This document shows positions 19,205 to 29,150 of a stretch of DNA of 64,000 nt, piece by piece. The notes under the pieces are model-generated. The model saw nothing but the letters and a program-made list of their open reading frames with translations, was not told the origin of the DNA and ran no database searches. The position numbers and the translations under genes were made by a program. Every line of letters begins with the position of its first letter. The first letter of the stretch is position 1. The stretch is taken from positions 1,024,001 through 1,088,000 of the forward strand of contig OZ244044.1 in NCBI GenBank assembly GCA_965215275.1. The letters run 5' to 3'. Source of the stretch: Thermodesulfobacteriota bacterium (GTDB lineage Bacteria; Desulfobacterota_D; UBA1144; Nemesobacterales; JAJCZQ01).

Positions 19205-20689
19205 GTGATCTATCCAAGCATTGATGAATTTAAGAAAAGCCTGGAACACGGCAATATGGTCCCCGTGTGGGAAGAGATACTTGCGGACTTCGACACGCCC
19301 GTCTCGGCTTTTAAAAAAATAGAGAACGGTAACTACTGCTTTCTTTTCGAAAGCGTGGAAGGTGGTGAGAAATGGGGGCAATACAGCTTTATCGGCTCGG
19401 AAGTATCCGTGATATTCAGATCAAAAGGGGAGAACATTGAAATAATCGAAAGCGGCAACGTCAGGAATATAAAAGGCAATCCGATAGATGAGCTGAGAGA
19501 ACTGCTTTCACGATACACGCCGGTCGAAAGTCCCTGCCTGCCCAGATTTCAGGGAGGAGCAGTGGGGTATTTCAGCTACGATATCGTAAGGTTCATAGAA
19601 AAACTTCCCGACGGTAACGAAGATGACCTGCAGCTCTGGGACTGTATTTACGTCATTACGGACACTATAGTTGCCTTTGATAATATTAACAATAAGATAA
19701 AAATAATTGCCAATGCGTTCGTTCCGGACAAAAAAGACGCCGACAAGGTATACAGCAGTTCCGTAGAAAAGATCAAAAGCATAAAGAACAGGCTGAGGGG
19801 GCCCCTGCTCGATAAAAACATCTATAACCGTCACGGCACCGACAATGATAACAGGACAGACCTGAGCTCTAACTTTGACAAGGAAGCATATAAAGAGGCA
19901 GTTGCAAAGACGAAAAAGTACATAGAGGCCGGAGATATTATCCAGTCAGTGATCTCTCAAAGATGGAACACCAGGCTTACGGTCGACCCGTTCGACCTTT
20001 ACAGATGCCTCAGGGTACTCAACCCATCGCCGTACATGTTCTATCTGAAGTTTGACGATCAGATCCTTGCAGGTTCATCTCCGGAAGTTATGGTCAGGGT
20101 AGAGGAAGGCAGAATAGAAAGCAGACCAATTGCCGGTACCCGTCCAAGGGGCAGGACCCCGGACGAAGATATGCACCTGTCGAAAGACCTGCTCTCGGAC
20201 CCCAAGGAACGGGCAGAGCACATCATGCTGGTTGACCTTGCAAGGAACGACCTGGGAAAGGTGGCTCAGGTGGGCAGCGTAGTGGTCGATGAGTTCATGA
20301 CGATCGAGAGATACTCTCACGTTATGCACATCGTCTCCAACGTGGTTGCCAGACTGGACACGGGTAAGGACTCGTTCGACGTGATAAAAGCAACCGTTCC
20401 GGCCGGAACCCTTTCCGGTGCACCTAAAATAAGGGCGATGGAAATAATAGATGAGATGGAAAACACAAGGAGAGGAGCATACGGAGGAACAGTTGGCTAC
20501 TTCAGCTTTTCAAGTAACATGGACAGTTGTATAGTTATCAGAACGTTCGTTATAAAGAACGGGAGGATATATATACAGTCAGGGGCAGGTATCGTGGCTG
20601 ATTCAGATCCGGAATCAGAGTATAATGAGACCGTGAACAAGATCAAGGCACTTGTCAAGGCAGTTGAGATGGCAAAGACAGGACTATAG
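19205..20689 (+). CDS. trpE: Anthranilate synthase component I
   Basis: DFDTPVSAF, FLFESVEGGEKWGQYSFIG, NPSPYM, PIAGTRPRG, PAGTLSGAPK. GTG 19205 taken as start because the track start lies inside the TIR. Confidence 0.93.
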   Translation: MIYPSIDEFKKSLEHGNMVPVWEEILADFDTPVSAFKKIENGNYCFLFESVEGGEKWGQYSFIGSEVSVIFRSKGENIEIIESGNVRNIKGNPIDELRELLSRYTPVESPCLPRFQGGAVGYFSYDIVRFIEKLPDGNEDDLQLWDCIYVITDTIVAFDNINNKIKIIANAFVPDKKDADKVYSSSVEKIKSIKNRLRGPLLDKNIYNRHGTDNDNRTDLSSNFDKEAYKEAVAKTKKYIEAGDIIQSVISQRWNTRLTVDPFDLYRCLRVLNPSPYMFYLKFDDQILAGSSPEVMVRVEEGRIESRPIAGTRPRGRTPDEDMHLSKDLLSDPKERAEHIMLVDLARNDLGKVAQVGSVVVDEFMTIERYSHVMHIVSNVVARLDTGKDSFDVIKATVPAGTLSGAPKIRAMEIIDEMENTRRGAYGGTVGYFSFSSNMDSCIVIRTFVIKNGRIYIQSGAGIVADSDPESEYNETVNKIKALVKAVEMAKTGL

Positions 20690-20696
20690 ACCAGAC

Positions 20697-21269
20697 ATGA
20701 TATTAATGATAGACAACTACGATTCGTTTACGTACAACCTGGTCCATTACTTTGGAGAACTGAACGAAGAGGTCAGAACGGTACGGAACGATAAAATAAC
20801 CATAGAAGATATTATCTCCCTTAACCCTGATATGATCGTCATTTCTCCAGGACCGTGCACGCCAAGGCAGGCGGGTATATCGGTAAACGTCATAAAGGAA
20901 CTGTCCTGCAGAAAGCCCATAATGGGGATCTGTCTCGGACATCAGTCCATTGCAGAGGCCTTCGGTGGCAGGATTGTAAGAGCAGACAGACTGGTACACG
21001 GAAAAACGTCACAGATATACCATAACGGAACGGGAATATTTAAAGATATACCAAACCCTTTTGAAGCAACCCGTTATCACTCTCTTATAATCGACAGGGC
21101 ATCTCTGCCGGAGCAGCTTGAAGTGACTGCCTGGACAGACGAAGATGAGATCATGGGAATAAAGCACAAGGAGCTTGCAGTTCAAGGAGTGCAGTTCCAT
21201 CCGGAGTCCGTTCTGACAAAACACGGCAGGGACATACTAAGTAACTTTTTAAAAATTACAAAAAACTGA
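20697..21269 (+). CDS. trpG: Anthranilate/aminodeoxychorismate synthase component II (glutamine amidotransferase)
   Basis: MILMIDNYDSFTYNL, SPGPC, GICLGHQ, QFHPES. Confidence 0.93.
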   Translation: MILMIDNYDSFTYNLVHYFGELNEEVRTVRNDKITIEDIISLNPDMIVISPGPCTPRQAGISVNVIKELSCRKPIMGICLGHQSIAEAFGGRIVRADRLVHGKTSQIYHNGTGIFKDIPNPFEATRYHSLIIDRASLPEQLEVTAWTDEDEIMGIKHKELAVQGVQFHPESVLTKHGRDILSNFLKITKN

Positions 21270-21285
21270 TGAACGAGGTGTTTGT

Positions 21286-23010
21286 ATGAAACTGCTTTTC
21301 AGACCAAGGGACCCTAAATTCATAGGAGCAGGAAGTCTTCCTTTCGGGACTTTTGACGATACCGAAAAATGGAGGCCCATATACAGATATTTAGAACAGG
21401 GAGCGGAACTCTTCCCGGAGAAAAGACTTTTCAGTGTTGCAGACAGGGACGGGAACATAACTAAAAGTTACACCTACAGGGAATCCAACGTCCTGGCAAA
21501 CAGGATCTCAAACGGACTGATAGATAAATGCGGAGTTAAAAAAGGACAGACGGTGGGAATTTATATGCTCAACTCGTCCGAATTTGTCGTCTCCATACTT
21601 GCCATTCACAAGGCTGGCGGAGTTCAGGTGCCCATCAATAAGGACGAGAAAGGAGAAAGACTGGCTTATATAATCAACTATTCCGACCAGCGGGTGCTCC
21701 TGACGGACGTCGAAAGTTTTGAATTTATCAGAGAAATAGCAGATGACCTGAGCGGCTTAAAGTACATATTCGTGGCAGGGGAAGCCGAAGACCTTCCGTC
21801 AAGGCTGAACGATATCGAGGTACATCCCTTCTCGCTGCTGGACGATTTTTCAAACGACAACCCGGGCGTGGACGTCAGCGTGTCCGACGTGGAAAGATGC
21901 ATGTTCACCTCCGGCACCACGGGTATGCCAAAGGGAGTTTCAAGAAACCATGGCGGAGTGGTGCTTACGGTAAGGGCTTATATTCAGATGCACGGGGTCA
22001 GGGATCAGGATATCCTGATGTCCGTCTTATCGCTCGCACACGCAAACGCCCAGGTAATGTGCCTTTTAACCTCGATCGGAGCAGGCGCTTCCTGCGTGTT
22101 CTATCCGAGGTTCTCGGCCTCTAATTTCTGGAAGTGGGCTTTTGAATCCGGTGCTACCGTAACAAACATGCTCGGTTCGGTATCCGAGTACGTCTCCGCT
22201 GCACAGGAAAGCAAGTGGGATAAGAAGCACAGCGTACGGACCATACTTGCCGGACCCGCTCCGAAGAACAAACCGGAATTCGAGAAAAGATTCAACACAA
22301 GAGTGCTTGACGGATACGGCTCAACGGAAATGGGCATGGTCCTGTGGCAGTACCCTGAAGATCTCAGACCCGCTTCATCCGGATTTGTCACCGAAGGCTA
22401 CTACGTGGAGATCAGGGACCCGGAAAGAACGGATAAGGTCATAACAAAGATATGGAACTACGATGAGGAAGAAAACCCTCCCGAAGAGGCAAAAGGACTT
22501 CTGTTCATAAAACCTTTAATTCCGGATACAACCCTTAATGAATACTTTAAGGACGAAAAGCGCACCCGGGAGGCGTTTGACCCAGAGGGATTTTTCAATT
22601 CAGATGACCTTTTTATAAAAGGTATCGACGACAGATATTACTTCCAGGGCAGATACAGCAGAATAAGGGTTTCCGGAGAGAACGTGGATCCAAACGCCGT
22701 TGCGAACTACGCACTGCAGCACCCATCGGTGCAAGGTGCAGTGGCAGTGGGGATAAGACTGCCGAACATTTCAGATGACGAAATAAAGTTAAATCTCACC
22801 CTGAAAAAAGGGACGGAATTCGATAACGTTCAGTTCTGCACGTGGATGGCTGAAATAGTTCCAGTGTACATGGTTCCAAGGTTTATCGAGATATACGAAG
22901 AGTTCCCGCTTACCTCAACTCAGAAGGTAAGTATGGACTCCCTGAAAAAGATCACGGATGGTACGTGGGACAGGAACGCGTCCGGAGTTAAGTTCAAAAC
23001 GCGTAAATGA
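21286..23010 (+). CDS. AMP-binding acyl-CoA ligase (CaiC-like), paralog 1
   Basis: FTSGTTGMPKG, YGSTE, IRVSGENV, PLTSTQK. Confidence 0.88.
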   Translation: MKLLFRPRDPKFIGAGSLPFGTFDDTEKWRPIYRYLEQGAELFPEKRLFSVADRDGNITKSYTYRESNVLANRISNGLIDKCGVKKGQTVGIYMLNSSEFVVSILAIHKAGGVQVPINKDEKGERLAYIINYSDQRVLLTDVESFEFIREIADDLSGLKYIFVAGEAEDLPSRLNDIEVHPFSLLDDFSNDNPGVDVSVSDVERCMFTSGTTGMPKGVSRNHGGVVLTVRAYIQMHGVRDQDILMSVLSLAHANAQVMCLLTSIGAGASCVFYPRFSASNFWKWAFESGATVTNMLGSVSEYVSAAQESKWDKKHSVRTILAGPAPKNKPEFEKRFNTRVLDGYGSTEMGMVLWQYPEDLRPASSGFVTEGYYVEIRDPERTDKVITKIWNYDEEENPPEEAKGLLFIKPLIPDTTLNEYFKDEKRTREAFDPEGFFNSDDLFIKGIDDRYYFQGRYSRIRVSGENVDPNAVANYALQHPSVQGAVAVGIRLPNISDDEIKLNLTLKKGTEFDNVQFCTWMAEIVPVYMVPRFIEIYEEFPLTSTQKVSMDSLKKITDGTWDRNASGVKFKTRK

Positions 23011-23012
23011 CC

Positions 23013-23966
23013 CTACGTAACCGTAAGGTAGATAAATACCGCGTAGCAGACAAGAAGCAAAAGACCGTCAAATCTTGATATGACTTTACCTATATACATC
23101 AGTGGATAGATCAGAACGCTCAGTGCGATCATCACGGGCAGGTCGAACCTGATTACAGCAGGATTTACTTCAACCGCGTGTATCATCGTTACAAGTCCTA
23201 TTATTCCGAGATTAAAGATATTACTGCCTATTATATTTCCAACCACTATACCGTCCTGTTTTCTTATCACGGAGATCACGGTCGTTGCAAGCTCGGGCAG
23301 GGACGTACCAACGGCAATTACCGTTATACCTATAATGAGCTCGCTAAGTCCGAACGTTCTGGCAAATATTATCGCCTGATCGACCGTCAGACGGGCACCT
23401 AATAAAAGCAGTCCCAGTCCAAGAACTATGAAAAACAGCTGAAAAAGGTGCGGAGCTGCACCTTTCTTGTCCGGGAAACTGGAGTTTTCTGAAGAGGCGA
23501 TCTTTGAAGAGACAAAATATAGATAATAGATGTTTATTGCAATGAGAAGTGAGAAGAACAGCAGCCCCTCCATGAACCCTATATAGCCGTTCAGGCAGAT
23601 AATAAAAAAAAGAACGCTCATAAATATTAAAATGGGTACATGCGTCCTTAAAATGGATGCTTCGACCCTTATGGGACTTATAACTGAAGATATGCCAAGG
23701 ATTAACGCAATATTGGAGATATTACTCCCGATAATATTTCCAAGTGTTATATCACCTGAACCTTTTAACGCGGCCACAAGGCAGACAACGAACTCTGGCG
23801 AGGAAGTACCGAACGCCACAATGGTAAGTCCGACTATCATCGGATTTATTCCAATCCCCTTGGCAAACCTGGAAGAACCCCGCACCAGCATCTCTCCACC
23901 TATAAGCAGAATGGCCATTCCAGAGACAAATAAAGTTACATTGAGAAGTAAAGCTGAACTGATCAT
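23013..23966 (-). CDS. Calcium/sodium antiporter (YrbG family)
   Basis: Two alpha repeats: GTSSPE...GNIIGSNISN and GTSLPE...GNIIGSNIFN. Confidence 0.92.
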   Translation of the reverse strand: MISSALLLNVTLFVSGMAILLIGGEMLVRGSSRFAKGIGINPMIVGLTIVAFGTSSPEFVVCLVAALKGSGDITLGNIIGSNISNIALILGISSVISPIRVEASILRTHVPILIFMSVLFFIICLNGYIGFMEGLLFFSLLIAINIYYLYFVSSKIASSENSSFPDKKGAAPHLFQLFFIVLGLGLLLLGARLTVDQAIIFARTFGLSELIIGITVIAVGTSLPELATTVISVIRKQDGIVVGNIIGSNIFNLGIIGLVTMIHAVEVNPAVIRFDLPVMIALSVLIYPLMYIGKVISRFDGLLLLVCYAVFIYLTVT

Positions 23967-24068
23967 TTTAGGTATTAATTTCTGCGTGCAGTACAAATGT
24001 ATTTGGAAAGCTAATGTAATTGTTATATTCTTTTAATCAAATCCACAATTGAGGCCAGAAAACCTGCC

Positions 24069-26163
24069 GTGAATAAACATTTAAGAGAAAAGTTAGAAAA
24101 AATACTAAAGCGGGAAGAGATGTTTTTAGACGATGAGACCGCGGAGCTTGATTATATAAGGATCAAACACTCTGCGGATCAGAACGATGAGAAACTTCTC
24201 TCACTCCTGTATGACGATGAGGAATTGAGAGAAAAATTCTTTACCAAAATAAAGGATATATATGTTTTCAGCACTGATAACTTCAAATTTTTTCTGGATG
24301 AAAACAAGATAGATAACTCATACACACAACTTGCTAACAGAATTGGTCTTCATGATGGCAGTGAGTTTCTTAAAAACAGAAATGAGGTGGTGATCAATTT
24401 TCCATTTAAAGACTGTGTACTACAGGGCGGGCAAAGTGCTGAAGAAGGAATGGATACTTATTTTGAATATGAAGAAGAAAAGACAAAAGCCGTACAAGGT
24501 GAAAGAGTAACCGAACCATCAGGTTACAAAGAAAAAAACCACCCAAGAAAAGAGGTATTTTTCAACTCTGTTTTAGCCCACGATGAGATAGACAGGCTCT
24601 TTGATCCCAAGGCACTGGTAAACTGGAAAAAAGTTACCAAGGACGGGGCATTTTCCCCTTATATGAAAGAGCAGTCCGAAAGGATTGACGGGGGGGGGGA
24701 GAAGTCTTCGAACGAGATGAAGACGGAACGATCAAAGAGAATTTGATCATTAAGGGCAATAATTTACTCGCTTTACATAGTCTCAAAAAACAGTTCACCG
24801 GGAAAATCAAGTTAATATATATTGACCCGCCTTATAACACTGGAAACGACAGCTTTAAATACAACGATAGTTTCAATCACTCCACTTATCTGACCTTTAT
24901 GAAAAACAGGTTGGAGGTAGCAAGGGAATTATTAAAGGAGGATGGGGTGATCTTTGTACAATGCGATGATAACGAACAAGCGTATTTAAAGGTATTGATG
25001 GATGAAATATTTGGGAGAGAAAATATCAACAGCGTTATTTCAATAAAAGTAGCCTCAGAAAGTGGTGTTAAAGTCAATGCGAACAAACCCGTACGAGTAA
25101 AGGAGCATATTTTAGTTTTTACTAAAAGCCTTGATTTTAAGTACAAAAAGCAGTTTATTCCAATAAATTCTTTTGACAAAGCTTATTCTGACTACGTTGA
25201 AAATCCAAATGACGACCCTGATAAATGGATAATTGGAAATATAAAGACCGTTTACAGAAAAGAAAATGGTTTAGATACAAGAGCACCTGTTGCAGATGCT
25301 GATTTATATAGATTTCAAGTAAAAAACAAGGATAAAGTTTTTGCTCGTAAAGATATAAGCCAACCATTAAAAAAAAGGTTTGGAGATAATCCTAATCAAT
25401 TTATTATAGTGGAGAATAAGAATGGAACAAAGTCTATACTGTGGAAAAAAAGAGAAGTAGTGTTTTATTCCAGAAAAGTTCACACAGTTGATGGAGCCTT
25501 ATGTGGTACAAAATACTTAAGCGATATGTGGACAGACACAACTTGTGATGGCATTGCTAATGAAGGAAACGTTAAACTGAAAAGAGGCAAGAAACCAGAA
25601 AGATTATTAAAAAGGATTATAGAGATGAGCACAGAGAAAAATGACATTGTGCTGGATTTCTTTTCAGGCACTGGAACTACTTGTGCCGTTGCTCATAAAC
25701 TACACAGGCAGTATATCGGTATTGAGCAATTAGATTACGGAGAGAATGACAGTAAGGTCAGACTTCAAAACGTCATTAATGGGGACAGGACAGGTATCTC
25801 AAGATCTGTAAACTGGTTGGGGGGGGGTATTTCCTCTACTGTGAACTTGCCAAATGTAACGAACTGGCAAAAGAGCAAATCAACGCTTGTAACAATTTAG
25901 GCGAGTTAGAAATTTTCTTTGATGAAATGTATGAGAAGTATTTCCTAAACTACAACTTCAGAATCAAAGAATTCAGAGAGCAAGTCGTAGGGAAGGAAAA
26001 CTTTAAAAACCTATCTTTGGACAAACAAAAAAGAATGTTCCTCATCATGCTTGATCTCAATCAATTGTACATAAATAAAACAGAAATGGCCGATGAAAGG
26101 TTTGAGATTACTCAAACGGACCAGCAATTAACGGAAGAGTTTTATAATTCCCATAATAAATGA
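24069..26163 (+). pseudogene. mod: Type III R-M methyltransferase Mod (N6-adenine, beta class), split into three frames at G10 and G9 tracts
   Basis: IYIDPPYNTG and DFFSGTGTT motifs. One extra G at 24690-24699 gives GGEVFERDEDGTIKENLIIKGNNL; one extra G at 25819-25827 gives WLGGGYFLYCELAK... running into ORF 25927-26163. Confidence 0.88.
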
Positions 26164-28919
26164 CCATGGACAATACAGAAAATCTCTACAAAACGATAAA
26201 ACTGGAAAAAGAAGCCGTAAAAAAATTCCCCCCGGAAATTGTTGAAATCCCTGAGTATATTACAAACAACTTAAAGCACAGTTTTTTTGAGTGGCAAAAA
26301 GACGCTTTTGAAAATTTTTTGTACTACCAAAATACAAAATCAAAAGATTTAAAGTTACCTTCTCACCTCATGTTCAACATGGCAACGGGAACAGGAAAAA
26401 CCCTGCTTATGGCCGCCACCATTTTGTACTATTACAAGCAAGGGTACCGTCATTTTATTTTCTTTGTAAATCAAAAAAATATCGTTGACAAAACAGAAAA
26501 TAATTTTATTGACAGCACCCACACAAAATATTTATTTACTGGAAAGATCGTCATTGATGATAAAACGGTAAATATTAAAAAAGTAGAAACCTTTAGTGAT
26601 AAACCACAGGAAATAGAAATTAAATTTACCTCCATTCAAAAGCTCTATAACGATATTCACATAGAAAAAGAAAATCAGACCACTTTAGACGATCTGCACA
26701 GCAAGGATATAGTCATGCTGGCCGATGAAGCTCATCATCTCAATGTAAACACAAGAAAAGGACTACACTTGATACAAGAACTGAAAAATAATGCGGGCAA
26801 GGAAAAAATAGAAAGAAAAGGCTGGGAAGATACCGTTATAAAACTCATTTTGAATAAAAACGGCAAAACAGAAAACAATAAGAACGTTTTACTGGAGTTT
26901 ACGGCAACTATCCCGGCAACCGAAGCCGTTGCCAGAAAATACCAAGACAAGATCATCTATCAATTTGGCCTTAAAGAATTTTTAAAAGCGGGATACACAA
27001 AAGAAATAAACCTTATTTCGTCAACACTAGAAAAAAAGGAACGGATACTGCAAGCACTTCTTTTCCAATGGTACAGGCATCAAATCGCATTGAAAAATAA
27101 AATACCGAACTTTAAACCGGTAATTCTATTCAGAAGTAAAACCATTGAAGAATCAAAAAGGGACTATGAAGAATTTCTGACAATAATAAGAGATCTTGAG
27201 GAAAAAGATTTTAATTTCCTGAATGGTATTAAAGATAGATTTACCGAAAGTGAAAACACCTACGAACAAGGCAAATCAAGAGTGGTAGATTTAATTAAAC
27301 TTATTGAAAATACAGGTCTGTCTGATGTCATACACTTTATAAAAAGTAACTTTACTGAGCGACAGTGTATGATCACAAATTCAAAAACCAATAGGAATCA
27401 ACAGGAAAAAACCGATGAAAATCAGGAAAAACTGCTCAACAACCTTGAGGACAAAACCAATCACATACGAGCTATCTTTACAGTAAACAGACTGACCGAA
27501 GGCTGGGACGTGTTAAACCTGTTTGATATTGTGAGACTTTATGAAGGAAGAGATGAAAGCAAGGATAAAACAGGAAATCGCAAGGCTGGAAGTGCAACCG
27601 TGTCTGAAATTCAACTTATAGGAAGGGGAGTAAGGTATTTTCGTTTTGCTTATAAAGATAAAATCAAAAACAAAAGAAAGTTTGACGGTGACCTCGGTCA
27701 CGAATTAAGAGTATTAGAAGAACTTTACTTTCATTCAACAAACAATCACAGATACATTGATGAACTTAAAAGAGAATTAAAAAAAGAGGGTTACATTCCG
27801 GATAATAGAAAGATCAGGACTTTTGCTCTTAAAAAAGAATTTCAAGAGGACAATTTCTACAAAAATACAAAAATCTGGTACAACAAGCAAATTGATAATC
27901 CCGACAGAAAAAAGAAAACGCTGCAAGGTCTTAATACAGATTCCTTTGAACCATATAAAGCCAGAGGTCTTGAATTGAACGAGCAGGAAATAGACTTTGA
28001 AAGCGAAAAAGATCTACAAAGACTATACCTGCGAAAAAATGGACTAAAAACGATTGCACAAAAATTCAAAGACATTGAAAAACACATTTTTCAAAAAGCG
28101 GTCAATATAAAAGCAAATAATGAAAACTCGCTATATCGATTTGAAAACATAAAAGAAGAACTGGACATTAAAAGTATTGAAGAACTGCAAACGGATAAAC
28201 TGGCTGATCTTGATGTAAAGATGATCGTTAATAAAAATATGGATTATGACCACATAGATAACGCAGACAAACTTGCAGCAGTGATAAAGTTCCTAGATAA
28301 CGTTTTCGCACAGTTAAAAGAATCCATTACTCCCAAGATCGGGGATAAATTTATAGCCGATAAATTTGAAAAATTCTTTGCACTGCCAAAAACAAAAACC
28401 ATTCAAAAAGACTGTGAATCAGAAAAAATTGCCGAAGAACTGAAAAAGAAAAAATGGTACGTTTTAGACTCTTTCTATGGAACAAGTGAAGAAAAAGCAC
28501 TTATAGATTTTATTAAAGAAACGATTGGCAATCTAAAGGATAAATACAAAGAAGTGTACCTCTTGAGAAATGAAGAAGTTTATAAAATCTACGACTTTGA
28601 GAAAGGCAGGGGTTTTCAACCAGATTTTATCCTCTTTTTAAAAACGAATAAAAAAGAAGATATTGGCGACTTCAGAACAGAACTTTACTATCAAGTATTT
28701 ATCGAGCCGAAAGGCGGTCAATTTATTGGCGATAAGGGAACATTCAGATCAGGAAAAGAGGGATGGAAAGAAGAGTTCTTAAAGCAGATCACTGAAAAAT
28801 ACGGGTTTAATAACATTATAGAAGCAGAAAATCCCCATTATCGTTTAATTGGATTGCCATTCTTTAATAAAGACCACAATAATGAATTCTCCAGCGAATA
28901 CGAAAAATTGATAAATTAG
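26160..28919 (+). CDS. res: Type III restriction endonuclease Res subunit (DEAH helicase-like ATPase + PD-(D/E)xK nuclease)
   Basis: MATGTGKT, LADEAHH, LTEGWD, QLIGRGVR, FQPDF...IEPKG. Overlaps the mod stop; AT-rich. Confidence 0.9.
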   Translation: MTMDNTENLYKTIKLEKEAVKKFPPEIVEIPEYITNNLKHSFFEWQKDAFENFLYYQNTKSKDLKLPSHLMFNMATGTGKTLLMAATILYYYKQGYRHFIFFVNQKNIVDKTENNFIDSTHTKYLFTGKIVIDDKTVNIKKVETFSDKPQEIEIKFTSIQKLYNDIHIEKENQTTLDDLHSKDIVMLADEAHHLNVNTRKGLHLIQELKNNAGKEKIERKGWEDTVIKLILNKNGKTENNKNVLLEFTATIPATEAVARKYQDKIIYQFGLKEFLKAGYTKEINLISSTLEKKERILQALLFQWYRHQIALKNKIPNFKPVILFRSKTIEESKRDYEEFLTIIRDLEEKDFNFLNGIKDRFTESENTYEQGKSRVVDLIKLIENTGLSDVIHFIKSNFTERQCMITNSKTNRNQQEKTDENQEKLLNNLEDKTNHIRAIFTVNRLTEGWDVLNLFDIVRLYEGRDESKDKTGNRKAGSATVSEIQLIGRGVRYFRFAYKDKIKNKRKFDGDLGHELRVLEELYFHSTNNHRYIDELKRELKKEGYIPDNRKIRTFALKKEFQEDNFYKNTKIWYNKQIDNPDRKKKTLQGLNTDSFEPYKARGLELNEQEIDFESEKDLQRLYLRKNGLKTIAQKFKDIEKHIFQKAVNIKANNENSLYRFENIKEELDIKSIEELQTDKLADLDVKMIVNKNMDYDHIDNADKLAAVIKFLDNVFAQLKESITPKIGDKFIADKFEKFFALPKTKTIQKDCESEKIAEELKKKKWYVLDSFYGTSEEKALIDFIKETIGNLKDKYKEVYLLRNEEVYKIYDFEKGRGFQPDFILFLKTNKKEDIGDFRTELYYQVFIEPKGGQFIGDKGTFRSGKEGWKEEFLKQITEKYGFNNIIEAENPHYRLIGLPFFNKDHNNEFSSEYEKLIN

Positions 28920-29150
28920 CCTTTGTTAGATTTATTGAAGAACAAATTCCAAAAGTGGCTGACGGTCTTCAGACCGGCCAAAAGCAGTCCGGTTTTCGAA
29001 GTTCTTAAAGTTATTGAAATTCTTTTGCCCTTAATGTATACTGTTTCCTACTGAATTTAAGTTAGAGAGGTTGGGTATAACTTTCTTATTTTGTTTCAGC
29101 ATCAAACGTATTTCAGTAAATGAAATGTTTACTGAACAAGGAGGGATATA

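Noticed and set aside
23997..29150. TIR/TSD pair around the type III R-M locus
   Set aside because: Only short matches of about 7 bp (TTTGGAA/TTCCAAA) and no target duplication.
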